A stretch of DNA of 63,430 bases, counting the filler, from Barthelona sp. PAP020 (Eukaryota), in NCBI GenBank assembly GCA_040182905.1. It is 7 parts of 7 records of this genome, joined end to end, with 100 filler letters (N's around TTAATTAATTAA, not from the genome) between each part and the next. Parts side by side here need not be neighbours in the genome. Positions count along the whole stretch, not along the records: positions 45,512 to 54,423 come from JARQWU010000438.1; positions 54,524 to 63,430 come from JARQWU010000439.1; 5 more parts are not named here. The stretch is one strand, 5' to 3'. How positions within the stretch are numbered: the first letter of the stretch is position 1; every line of letters begins with the position of its first letter. The translations under genes and the position numbers were made by a program. A model generated the notes under the pieces. The model searched no databases and was not told the DNA's origin. It worked only from the letters and a program-made list of their open reading frames with translations. This document shows, piece after piece, positions 53,432-63,430 of this stretch.

Positions 53432-54412
53432 TCATTTATCCAAATGCTCTTGAGCTTCAATAAAAGATTTCAGAAAATCAGTAACTCCAACACCTTTTTC
53501 AGCAGCTAAAGCTTCAATGGGATCCATTTGTGAAGGATTAAACGCTGGTTGTAATTCATGCTTTTGATTGCACAACCTGAATGGAATATCTTCCAAACTT
53601 TCTTGTATTTCCATTGAATCTAGTTCATTCCAAGTAAAAAACAATGTGTCAGTCGTTTCAATCCACGCATTGATATCAACAATAACAACACGCCCATTCT
53701 TAGGTGTAACATACAGATCAATGACAAAATTTTCCACATCAAATTTAGGAAATATAACTTCATCCAAAAATTTATCAATACTATCCAAAATGAATAATTG
53801 ATGGTCTTTATCTTCCAAATGCTTAAATTGCTGCATAATTCTTTGAGAAATTGCCAACAATTCTCTATTTTTAACAAAAACTCTGAACTCACATGCAGGT
53901 TCCATTGTGTAGGCACGCTTCAATACAATGGAATGTTCAATTTTGTTAACATCGTAATTTAATTCCATATCTTTCTCTTCAAAAGGATTGATTAAGTCAT
54001 GTGATACCTTATCAGAAGTTCTTAATAACAAACAAGCTTCACCAAAAGAGTGAACCACACAAGAATTGTGAGATAATATCCAACAAGCATCTTTTGGTGC
54101 ACTCCATGTAAATTTAATGAATGCACTTCCTTCCAAATGGTCTAAAATTTCTTCAAATTTGTCTTCAATCGAAGAAAATTGAACAAATTCAAGTTCTTGT
54201 GGCTCAAATTCAAAATCTGAATCAATATTATCTTTTATATCATTGTGATAATTAAAATTCATGGTGTTTTCAGGTAAAATTAATGTGGGTTCATTGAAAT
54301 AATTTATGAACTCATCATCAACTGGCAAAATATAACTTTTTAAAGATTGTTTTTCAAATAAAGGATACCAATAACTTGTTCGACATTTTAAAACATCTTC
54401 ATATGACTTCAT
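53432..54412 (-). CDS. CDC123: Cell division cycle protein 123 (D123, ATP-grasp eIF2 assembly factor)
   Basis: WYPLF, FIKFTWSAPKDACWI, LLLRTSDKVSHDL, EFRVFVKNRELLAISQR, VDINAW..TDTLFFTWNEL. Confidence 0.93.
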   Translation of the reverse strand: MKSYEDVLKCRTSYWYPLFEKQSLKSYILPVDDEFINYFNEPTLILPENTMNFNYHNDIKDNIDSDFEFEPQELEFVQFSSIEDKFEEILDHLEGSAFIKFTWSAPKDACWILSHNSCVVHSFGEACLLLRTSDKVSHDLINPFEEKDMELNYDVNKIEHSIVLKRAYTMEPACEFRVFVKNRELLAISQRIMQQFKHLEDKDHQLFILDSIDKFLDEVIFPKFDVENFVIDLYVTPKNGRVVIVDINAWIETTDTLFFTWNELDSMEIQESLEDIPFRLCNQKHELQPAFNPSQMDPIEALAAEKGVGVTDFLKSFIEAQEHLDK

Positions 54413-54423
54413 TATGATAAAAA

Positions 54424-54523
54424 NNNNNNNNNNNNNNNNNNNNNNNNNNNNNNNNNNNNNNNNNNNNTTAATTAATTAANNNNNNNNNNNNNNNNNNNNN
54501 NNNNNNNNNNNNNNNNNNNNNNN
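54424..54523. other. Artificial contig linker
   Basis: N44-TTAATTAATTAA-N44. Confidence 0.99.
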
Positions 54524-55097
54524 TCATTAACTGAAGATCAACAACATATAATATACCAGAATGAGTAGCAGCAAACGCATATCGCGAAGTTATCTTGACT
54601 TTAGTGATGAAACTACAAATATCGATCGAAAATACTCGAGAAAATTCATCCTTCAAAGCAAATACATTGATTTTCCCTTCACAACATCCAGAAACAATGT
54701 AATCTTCATTCAACGCAAGACTTTGAACTGCATTTTTGTGATAACTAAGTGATTGAAATTTTTGTGAAGATGGTAATTTGTCCAATCTGACGCTATCTTT
54801 CTCGTACAGATATAGTATCGCATAAATATCAAGATAACCTTTATTTAAAGCCAAAAATGACAAATTTTCAGATACAATATTATTCTCACAAAACAATTGA
54901 ACACATCTTGTATGATGATGGAGAACCAATAATTCAAAACATTTTGGTGAGCAAGACTTGAAACAATAATCTCTTCTACGAGAAAAATATTTGGAAAAAA
55001 AGGAACACAAAGTGTCGTCACTTTCACTAGGAATTGCTTCAAAAAGGTTATGCCACATAGCATTTGGGTGCAAAGACAATAAGTTCTCAATATCCAT
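54524..55097 (-). CDS. Degenerate ankyrin-like plus WD40 protein (3'-truncated)
   Basis: FLALNKGYLDIYAIL, then YHKNAVQSLALNEDYIVSGCCEGKINVF. Confidence 0.75.
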
Positions 55098-55523
55098 CTG
55101 TCTTTTTTTTCTCTTGAGTAGTTTTTCCTCGAAATAGAATTTTTCATTCTTTTAGAAAAATTTGACCAAGTTTGAACATTTTGCTTGTCCACTAAGAATC
55201 ATTTATTAAAAACACATAACATAATATATTAGAAAAGATTGGATTGCAATTATTATTCCAAAAAATAAAATCTTCAGAAAATCTATTGTTTACTGCATAT
55301 TGAATTTCAGAACAATGGTAAGCAATTTAAATCCTGGGAATTTGAAAGAAAAAAAAAAGGAAAAATTAAATTACAAATTTTCTTTCTTTCATTTTGAATA
55401 TTTAACTGATAGTTTTACCTTTTTGTTATCATTATGTTGGCCGCCAATGTAAATTAAAATAAAAGTCAAAAAAATTTATTCGGTTTTTTTTTCTCAATCT
55501 TTTTTGGATTATGCGAAATTTCT

Positions 55524-58064
55524 ATGGTTGATGTATCGTCTATTTTAGAAGTATTAAAATTATTGATTTAAAAAACATTCTAACTCTGTTTCTAGTCACT
55601 TACTTTAACTTGCATACCACATTTACCATCTCCTTTTTTGGATGTCAGTTATGATATTTTAAAACTTGAAGAATCATTAAAACATTTAAATAACGAAGTT
55701 GGATTGTACTTATTTTTTGTTTGTAGAACTGGCAGATTAACATTAAAAAGACATGTTTTAGAAACCACAATAACTCTTGCAATACTTGATCCTGGTGATA
55801 TAGTATTTTGTTCTGTTTGGAAATCGTTTGAACAAGATTTATTTTGGGAATTTCAACCAAAAAAATTGAATGAAGAACCTTCTTTATATGGTATACCAAC
55901 CGATGATGTAGCTTTCACCCCAATACTGAATTTTTTGAAATTACCTGCAAAGAAGAAAATTTCTCCCGAGATCCCGGTTGAATTTGAAGAATTGTGGGTA
56001 TCTCAACCTGTAAAATACTTTCCCAACTTCGATTCCAATTTATTACAGGAAATTGTGAATGAATTGCTTCCTATTCCTGAAGAAACGTCTGAAGCTTGGT
56101 CTTGGGGGGATTTCACAGTTGAAACGATAACTACGATACTAAATACTTTTAAGATTACAAACAATGAGGATGAAAAGCAGAGATTTACGCAAATTCTGTA
56201 TGATTTGCAGTTAAAAGACGAAAATATATTTGTAAGAGAAATGGGACGTAGGTTAAGTGTATCTTTACTTGCTTCATCATTACAAGGCTTTGTTCAAAGA
56301 GATCAAGAGATTCGTCACAGTCGAAATCGAAGCTTATCAATGGTTTCGTCGGGTGTTGATTTCGAAATCTCTCTCCCAAATGCAGTACAATTGAAAGTTT
56401 TTCCTACAGATGAGATTGTACCTGATGTATCTCCCCAAATGGAGATTTTTCTGAGTTATGAGCAAGTCATTAGAGATAGTGACATTGGTTCAATTGCCCC
56501 AGGATTTCTATCTTTTTGTTCCACAGATGATGATGATAGTTCGTTTGAGAATGTTGAAACATCGTCTCATTTTACTTCAGATATGGAGCACAGTGATCAA
56601 AGTGTCATGGAACCAATGGGGAATAATCCTTCTCATTTCAATTCAAGTAGTGGAAGTGCAAGTGGAAGCTATGCGAATACTCAAACAAATAGTGAATTCA
56701 ACACAAGTGAAGTATTATCACATTTGAATTCCAGATCTGAAAGTGGGTTTCAAACTCCTAAACATGGCAAGGAAATCACAACTGCTGTTGACTCTTTATT
56801 TAACGATGTTGTACGTGCATTAAATGTTGAATCGACAAACGTAAGCATACCGTTTTTACCTGAGAAAGATATCGACACTTTAATGAATTTGTTGACTGAG
56901 TGTCAATTTGACGCATATTCTTTCAACTGTACAAAGTTACAGAGTAAGAATCAGCTATTTGGGATGTTATGGTTATTGTTATGTAATTTAGATCTTGTTC
57001 AGCATTTTCAGCTTAGCAGTTTTCAATTTTATACTTTCTGTGATATCATGTTCAGCTCATATAACAATAATCCTTATCATAATTTTTATCATGCTTGTGA
57101 TGTCACCTACATCTTATATTATTGGTTGAAAACCACTTTTTTGAAATCGGTTATAACAAAGCATGAACAGTTGGCTATGCTTTTGGCAGCAATTGGGCAT
57201 GATGCTGGGCATCCTGGATTATCAACAGCCTACGCTAAACATATAAAATTTCCTGCTACAATTAAGTTTCAAGAATCTCCTTTAGAAGCTTATTCTTTTG
57301 AGCTGACTTCCAACGCTATCGAACAATCGAAAGTTTTAAGCCATTTTTCTCAACAATCTTTGACTAAGTTTGAAAATATGGTTCAAGAATTGATACTAGC
57401 AACTGATATGGCTCAACATTTCCCTATATTGAGAGAATGTCGGTTAAGATTGCCTAAACATTTGAATCAAGTTGCGAAACAAAGAAATCAAAGAAAGATT
57501 CTACGTCAACTATTGATCAAATCAGCTGATGTATCAAATCCTACCAGACCTTTGGAAGTTGCTGTCAGTTGGTCAAATAGGTTGTGTCAGGAAGTAAACA
57601 AAATGCAAAACGCTTATCATTCGACATGCAACGATCTACCTGTAACTGATTTTTCAGATAAAGGAGTTTATAAGGGTCAAATAACCTTTATTGATGGTAT
57701 TTTAACTCCCATGTTCACGATCCTTGTAAGATTATGTCAGGATCTTGCATCAACTGTTAATATGCTGAGGTCAAATAAAATGAAATATGAGAAGGTTTTG
57801 AATAATGATTTGGCTAATGTGAATCATAGTTTGGGATCTATTCATGTGGATGATACTGTTGATAAAATGGAACATGATGAAGACATGGACCAATTATCTG
57901 CTTTATCAGCTTCTTTCATTGGAGATCGTTCAATAACACCAAATTTAGAGGTGTTACCGACAAATACTGGTTTAAACAACGAATACACAAATTTTTCACC
58001 AAATTTACCAGAACCACATTCTCCGATCTTTTCTACTTCCAGTTTTAAAGTTGTTAAAAAATAA
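55524..58064 (+). CDS. Class I cyclic-nucleotide phosphodiesterase; probable exons 55524-55550 and 55596-58064
   Basis: NPYHNFYHACD, HDAGHPG, ILATDMAQH, LIKSADVSNPTRP, GQITFID. The upstream ATG joins in frame via a predicted intron. Confidence 0.9.
55551..55595 (+). other. Predicted 45-nt intron (alternative donor GT at 55533 is also in frame)
   Basis: GTATTA...TTCTAACTCTGTTTCTAG. Contains an in-frame TAA. Removal supplies the otherwise missing ATG. Confidence 0.65.
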
Positions 58065-58709
58065 AGGCGTTTTTGATAAACAATAAATCAACTTTCAAAG
58101 AGAATTTCAAAGTTTGAATATTCTTTCTATCAAATCAATTCCCAAATTGGAAATTTATCAATATTTATTTGAAAAATAATATCATTTAATTGTTGAACTT
58201 ATACTTTTAACCCATGTAGTAACCACATAAATGCTTTCATATTTTTATAATTTTTTTTGTTGTTTGTTTTTCCAAGAAGAAAAAAAAAAGTGTCAGGAGT
58301 CTAACTCTAATTTTTCATTTTTCAAATCTTAAGTGATTCTTCAAATGATATCTCTGGAGTAAATAATTATCCTTTTATTCAACAATAACCACAATGACAT
58401 TTATACTATCACTCATAATTTTCGTTTAACCAAAAAAAATATCGAAAATTCTTTCTTTCTTCAATTTTTGGTTATTTATCAACCTTCTTACTCAAAATAT
58501 TGTCCTTTGAATGTGTAAAAACTTTGACAACAAAGTAATTTTATTTATAATAAAAAATCTATTTATTTATAATTGTTTAGAAGTGAAGAACCACAGAATA
58601 ATGCAACAATCTCTCTCAATCAACATAAATTCACTTTTATCAAAAAGATCAAAATGTATGAACCATAAATATAAGTCATTGAATCCTTTTCTTTTGAATC
58701 GAATAAAAA

Positions 58710-59723
58710 TTAAGCAAAATGATCCCCAAAACGATTCAAAGCTTCAACCATATCACCTGATCTGTCAGTTAACCTATCAATTAAAGAGGATAACTTGGAC
58801 CAAGCCTCATCTTGAGTAAGATCAATAATACCACCAACTCTGATGCTAATCAAATCAATGTTTGTTTGTGCTTCGTCCTGAGTGTGCTCTATTCTTAAAG
58901 TAACAATACCAGAAGAATTCATTTCAATCAACAAATCTTCAGCATCATCTTCATTCAACTTCCATAAGCTAGAAATTTGCTGTAAAGTGGTAAAAGATAA
59001 TGAATCACCATTTTCATCATCAAAATCAAAGAATCTCAACAATGAATATAAACGACAGTTCTTCATAATATTTTCAAGATGAGAAGGATACATGGAACTT
59101 CCAATCTTTTCAACCAATTCCAAATCCCCTTCAGCAATACCCAAAATCAATTTTGCATATTCATTCGAAAGATAAGAATACGTAAATATATACGGAGAAA
59201 AGAAGGAATAATCAATGAAAAAAGGCAACTCAATCACAAATTCACACAATGTTTTGAAATATTCAACATTTTCTTCAACACAATTCTTATCAGTTACATA
59301 TTGAAGTGCATAAAACGTTAAAGAAGAAATATTAGATAAAATAGTTGAATTTTTAATGCGAGATTGAAAATGTTGGGAAAATTCAAAAGCATCAATATTT
59401 GAAGAAAACAATAACTGCTTCATATTTTGCTTTTCAATATACTTCAATATTCTACCAAATGCTTCCAATATAAATTTATCATTAATAGGAATATAACACC
59501 ATAAAAGAGCCATTAAACTCAAATGATAAGGAGTATGAATATTTCCTTGTTCAATAAGATCATATATTGCTTCAATATATTCTTTATAACTCAGGAATTG
59601 ATCATCAAGTTCCTTTTTAATATCATGACAAAAAATTGTTATTGTTGATCCATCTTCATTTTCATCTGCACTTAAATTTTGTAAAAATTGCAAAAGGGGC
59701 TCGTAAAATTGATAATCAGACAT
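58710..59723 (-). CDS. PCI-domain protein, eIF3 subunit M-like
   Basis: NIMKNCRLYSLL...LQQISSLWKLNEDDAEDLLIE...IVTLRIEH...EAWSKL. MSDYQF at 59723 is preferred as start over 59846. Confidence 0.65.
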   Translation of the reverse strand: MSDYQFYEPLLQFLQNLSADENEDGSTITIFCHDIKKELDDQFLSYKEYIEAIYDLIEQGNIHTPYHLSLMALLWCYIPINDKFILEAFGRILKYIEKQNMKQLLFSSNIDAFEFSQHFQSRIKNSTILSNISSLTFYALQYVTDKNCVEENVEYFKTLCEFVIELPFFIDYSFFSPYIFTYSYLSNEYAKLILGIAEGDLELVEKIGSSMYPSHLENIMKNCRLYSLLRFFDFDDENGDSLSFTTLQQISSLWKLNEDDAEDLLIEMNSSGIVTLRIEHTQDEAQTNIDLISIRVGGIIDLTQDEAWSKLSSLIDRLTDRSGDMVEALNRFGDHFA

Positions 59724-59824
59724 GGAAATCGGGAAGGTAGTTTGGTTATTCAAAACCAAAAAAATTTTCAATTTTTTCAAAACATTTTCCCTTCTATTTT
59801 TCACAAACTCCTTTCGTTTTGCAA

Positions 59825-59862
59825 GTACCTCCTTTATTTTTTCCATTATATCTAATATTCAG
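59825..59862 (+). other. Predicted 38-nt 5'-UTR intron ending at the RPL32 start codon
   Basis: GTACCT...TCTAATATTCAG|ATG. Same CTAA-N5-AG acceptor and size class as the coding-region introns. The donor is inferred. Confidence 0.55.
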
Positions 59863-60365
59863 ATGGTCAAGCCTTTAGTTCGTAGATCGATTATTAAAAA
59901 AAGAACTGCCAAGTTCGTCCGTCACCAATCAGATCGTTTTAATCGTGTTGATGTATGTTTGTGTTGTCTCATTTAAAATATTTGATGTAATCAGTTACAT
60001 TCTATATTTTTACATTTTTCAACTTTTATTTGTTTACAAATTCTAATAATTAGGCTTCTTGGAGAAAACCTCGTGGTATTGATTCCTCTACTCGTCGTCG
60101 TTTCCGTGGTAGACGTCCTGAAGTCAGTATTGGTTATGGTTCTAACCAAAAGACCCGTGGTATGCTTCCCAACGGTTTTTTCCCTGTTATTGTCAACAAT
60201 GTTGAAGAATTAAAACCTCTTGCTATGCATAACCGTACTTACTGTGCCATTATTGCTGGTAAGGTTGGTGCCGAAAAGCGTATCAAAATCATCAATGCCG
60301 CAAAGAAATTAAATATTCATGTTAACAACAAGGATGCTAAGATTCGTGCTGTTGAAACCAATTAA
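59863..60365 (+). CDS. RPL32: 60S ribosomal protein eL32; exons 59863-59952 and 60054-60365 (133 aa)
   Basis: MVKPLVRRSIIKKRTAKFVRHQSDRFNRVD|ASWRKPRGIDSSTRRRFRG...IGYGSNQKTRGMLPNGF. Confidence 0.96.
59953..60053 (+). other. 101-nt spliceosomal intron with internal hairpin
   Basis: GTATGT...TTCTAATAATTAG. Removal restores conserved eL32 sequence. Confidence 0.95.
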
Positions 60366-60493
60366 ATAACTTGACATAAAAACTCAGCAAAACGGTTGTT
60401 GTTTTTTCTTTTTCTCAAACGAGCATTCAAATTTTTGTCCTAACAGAACCATTAATTTTCATGAGAAAAAGCAAAAATACATCTGTTTATTTT

Positions 60494-61392
60494 TTAAACA
60501 TTCAACTCAAAGAAAGGATTTCCATTTCGAGTCAAATTTGCAATGGAATCAACAACAGAATCTTTATCAGCAAGATCAATCAAAATGGGAAGCATTTCAA
60601 AGAGTTGTGTGTCATAAGGATCACCCATCCATGATGAAATAGGAATGGCATTTTCAGGATGGAACAAATAACTTATGGGGGAATTATCAACAATGATAAT
60701 GTCTTTTAAATCCCTTCCCAATAACGATAGATCTTTGATATAACGAGTATGGTTTTGACAAACACAGCTCTCTCTATACAAACGATGATCGACAACTGAG
60801 TCAATATCTAAAATATCTAATAAAGGATCTGCGTACTTTGCCAATGAAGCTGTAAAAACAACAATCTCATAATGCTTTGATAAAGCTTCCAAAAATTCAA
60901 AACAACCAGGTCGTCGAGCAACAAAAATTAAATGTGTTTCAAAGTCGATTTGAATTGGCAAAACATAATCAGCCTTTAACGTTTGGGGCTTAAATGAAGA
61001 GTGAACTAGAGTTTCATCTAAATCTAAAACTAATGTCTTTTTTTGGCTATTTTGCGTTTTTATTTGAGGTAAAAGAGGAACAATTGCTGGTTGAATCATT
61101 ACATCATGACCAACAACAGTTATTTTTGTGGGTGAAGGTAAAACTTCAGGAATGGCACTAACTTGTGTAACAGTAGAACGAAGCAATTGATCATTCTCAT
61201 CTTCAGTTCTACAAATATTAAAACATAAAAAAATTCGTTTGTACCATGGCACATTAGACGTTCTGTTATTCTCTAAAAAATTAGTAAAGATAAACACTAA
61301 TTCAAACCTCTATCTGTAAAATCATCTGTTGATACTTGTGTAATAATATTTGAACCATTTGACGTAATAATTTTTGGATATTTTCCAGTCAT
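60494..61392 (-). CDS. SCP/CTDSP-type FCP1-homology phosphatase; exons 61308-61392 and 60494-61272 (287 aa)
   Basis: LVLDLDETLVHS, FTASLAKYADPLLD, IIVDNSP. The spliced N-terminal exon carries NIITQVS. Confidence 0.92.
61273..61307 (-). other. 35-nt spliceosomal intron
   Basis: GTTTGA...TACTAATTTTTTAG. Removal gives an in-frame ATG exon. Confidence 0.82.
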
Positions 61393-61666
61393 AGACTTGA
61401 TCATAGTTTCAGAGAATTAAAGGTCACAATTACTGACCAACTATCTAAATGTAGAGAAGAGAAATAATATGATAAATGGGGATAGAATTAATACAGCAAA
61501 CAGCCCTTTGTTGTTGTGTTCGTATTTTTTCTTTTTGAGAAAGACCAATTTTTTAATTGAATAAATAGCAAAATTCTTTACATAATCACAATATTTTTAA
61601 AGATATTCATGCAATAAATAAAAAAGGAATTTATGCAAAAATGTATTTTTACAATAATTATGTATT

Positions 61667-62359
61667 ATGCAATTAGAAAGTGTAATAATACCGTATCAAA
61701 GTTCTTTAAAAAACAATGAAATGATTCAAAATGGTTATTTAGACAAATTTCCAATTGAATTAACAAATATATTTTCATATGAAGAATTTAAAAGTATTAC
61801 CAAAAGGATATCTGATACTACTGGAAGAAATATAACTTTATTAAAAATTTGGAGTTTTATCTTCACAATTGTTGGAATATTTTTTTTTATTTTCTTTTTG
61901 TTGATAAACAGACATTTAATATATATAATTATTGTTATTTTATCCTTTATCTGTGCTTATTTTATGTCGAAAAAAGCGAAAAGGAATGATGATGGTTTTG
62001 ATAATGTTTATGGGATTTTATCTCAATTAAATGGTGAATATTCTTATTATTCAATACATTTTGAATTATGTGGGATCAATAATGCTTATAATGATTCGAT
62101 TTTTGATATTAAAGTCACTTTTCCAATAAATTTGGATAGGTCTTCACAATTCAATTTGAAATCGAAAGAATTTTTTTATCCTGAATATTCAACATCACAT
62201 ATCATTGATGATTTGAGTAGTTCACATAATTCTGACTCGAGAATGAGTAATTCAGTATATAATTTTGATTTGCTTGAAGGTAATCCTCTTATAAATGATA
62301 ATTATAGGTTTTATTCGACAAATAACAATACAGGTACTATAAATGTGGTATATTTATGA
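61667..62359 (+). CDS. Small membrane protein, Erf4/golgin A7-like domain
   Basis: DKFPIELTNIFSYEEFKSITKRI followed by two hydrophobic helices. Confidence 0.65.
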   Translation: MQLESVIIPYQSSLKNNEMIQNGYLDKFPIELTNIFSYEEFKSITKRISDTTGRNITLLKIWSFIFTIVGIFFFIFFLLINRHLIYIIIVILSFICAYFMSKKAKRNDDGFDNVYGILSQLNGEYSYYSIHFELCGINNAYNDSIFDIKVTFPINLDRSSQFNLKSKEFFYPEYSTSHIIDDLSSSHNSDSRMSNSVYNFDLLEGNPLINDNYRFYSTNNNTGTINVVYL

Positions 62360-62429
62360 AATGAAAGAATTCCTTATTTTAAATGATTCATTTTGACGTT
62401 TTGAAATTCTCTCATTGTTACATTTTATT

Positions 62430-63220
62430 GCTGATGTAAAGGTCTCCAAAGTTTTGATTAGTTTTCATTGACAAACGTTTCAAGGCTATTTTTACTTTCC
62501 ATAGGTCTCGGAATCTGGACTTTTATATGATTATATGATGATTACCTTTGAAGGGGTTGATGCTTTAGCCAAGCCAAACCCATGATCTAGTGTTCTTTGG
62601 GAAGTTTGTAACTCAATCTCCTGCTCCTTTAGCATCATTTTCATCATCGCATTGTCGTTACAGTTTAGTTTAAGTGTTCTACAGCTCATATTATCCATTA
62701 TCGCTGTTCTTTGTCAATAGATAAAAATAACTCAATTATTTCGTTTATTAGTAACTCATTCATCCTTACTAGAGCTAAGGCTCCATATAACTTTGTTCTC
62801 TGTTTATTTTGACTGGGGCTTAGGCCAACCTAATTATTGTTTTTTTTATTTATCAAATACAATCATTATTGGAAAAGAAGATCAGTGAAATAATTAGTAA
62901 TAATGTTTGATGGAGAGCAGTAATAGTAATCGTCAAATAAACTTTGGAACTTTAACTTAAGCGTATCATCTGTAAATTGAACCTGCCTTTGGTTCAAGCT
63001 TTAGCACTTCATCTTTTCCCAACTGGTTTTAACACTCGTTTTCATATTTTAGAAGGATAGTGCTCTTAGAGTAAAAAATGACTTTTGGTGTCAGAACAGT
63101 TATCAGGAAGTCTATATACACATGTCGAAGCTTAGGGAAAGGGTTTTATACAAAGACTTTAAACATATTCGATATTTTGTTTCTCCACCTCTGAGTATAT
63201 TGTGGATAGTACTTATACAT
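62430..63220 (-). pseudogene. Decayed ORF of unknown family
   Basis: MYKYYPQYTQRWRNKISNMFKVFV*NPFPKLRHVYIDFL...KYENEC*NQLGKDEVLKLEPKAGSIYR*, plus further frame-broken protein-like segments. Confidence 0.35.
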
Positions 63221-63430
63221 CAAAAATTGAAAGAATGAAACATTGGGTTGAGTTCAGAAAATAAGAAAAGTGTTCGCAGCAAAGCGGACGGATTTCACCC
63301 AAAAGACAAAATAAACATTGTTCTAGGTTCAATTCTTGCACTTCTGATTGTTAAATATGATCCAATACATATACAATAATTTATAATAAGAATAAGAACG
63401 TTACACAAGCTGTAAGTAAAGTAAAAATTA

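Noticed and set aside
53432..53460. Coding overlap between CDC123 and the Sfi1-like ORF
   Set aside because: It depends on a non-ATG start; the first in-frame ATG is 53385.
9069..54523. Regularly spaced TTAATTAATTAA motif every ~9 kb, and gene neighbourhoods spanning it
   Set aside because: It is a synthetic linker flanked by N44, and the contigs are sorted by size. Neither the periodicity nor cross-linker synteny is biological.
59724..59846. ORF-track N-terminal extension of the eIF3m-like gene giving 16-nt divergent ATG spacing
   Set aside because: The extension is low-complexity antisense of the RPL32 upstream region. MSDYQF at 59723 is a more plausible start.
1..63430. Nuclear stop-codon reassignment
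   Set aside because: TAA, TAG and TGA each terminate intact genes (e.g. RPL32 TAA, 27152 TAG, CDC123 TGA), and multi-kb ORFs have no internal stops.

Overview
This is not one locus. It is seven unrelated ~9-kb contigs (9068, 9038, 8995, 8964, 8946, 8912 and 8907 bp, in descending size order) joined by an artificial N44-TTAATTAATTAA-N44 linker, so adjacency across linkers means nothing. The DNA is from a very AT-rich, gene-dense, intron-poor flagellated eukaryote using the standard code (TAA, TAG and TGA all end intact genes). A metamonad-like protist is plausible from intron and promoter features, but that is inference. Recognisable genes include calcineurin B-like, PSMA2, a multi-TM DEK1-like calpain, an RBR E3 ligase, ATG8, a TTLL, SPAG17/PF6-like, kinase-WD40, SPB1, LRMDA, TFIP11-like, AP-2 alpha-like, ankyrin and MORN proteins, Sfi1-like, CDC123, a class I PDE, eIF3m-like, RPL32 and an SCP-type CTD phosphatase. 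The ORF track misses several things: (1) an RNase MRP RNA gene at ~38425-38662; (2) five small 5'-proximal spliceosomal introns, most with the CTAA branch point nearly fused to the 3' AG; (3) a consensus splice acceptor directly abutting the RPL32 start codon, plus a hairpin in the long RPL32 intron; (4) a 138-bp, 92%-identical element shared by two contigs; (5) several gene-sized decayed ORFs between intact genes; (6) loss of the catalytic triad in the TM calpain. I found no defensible multi-gene novel system. The best leads are the splicing architecture, the unknown repeat and the decayed ORFs.
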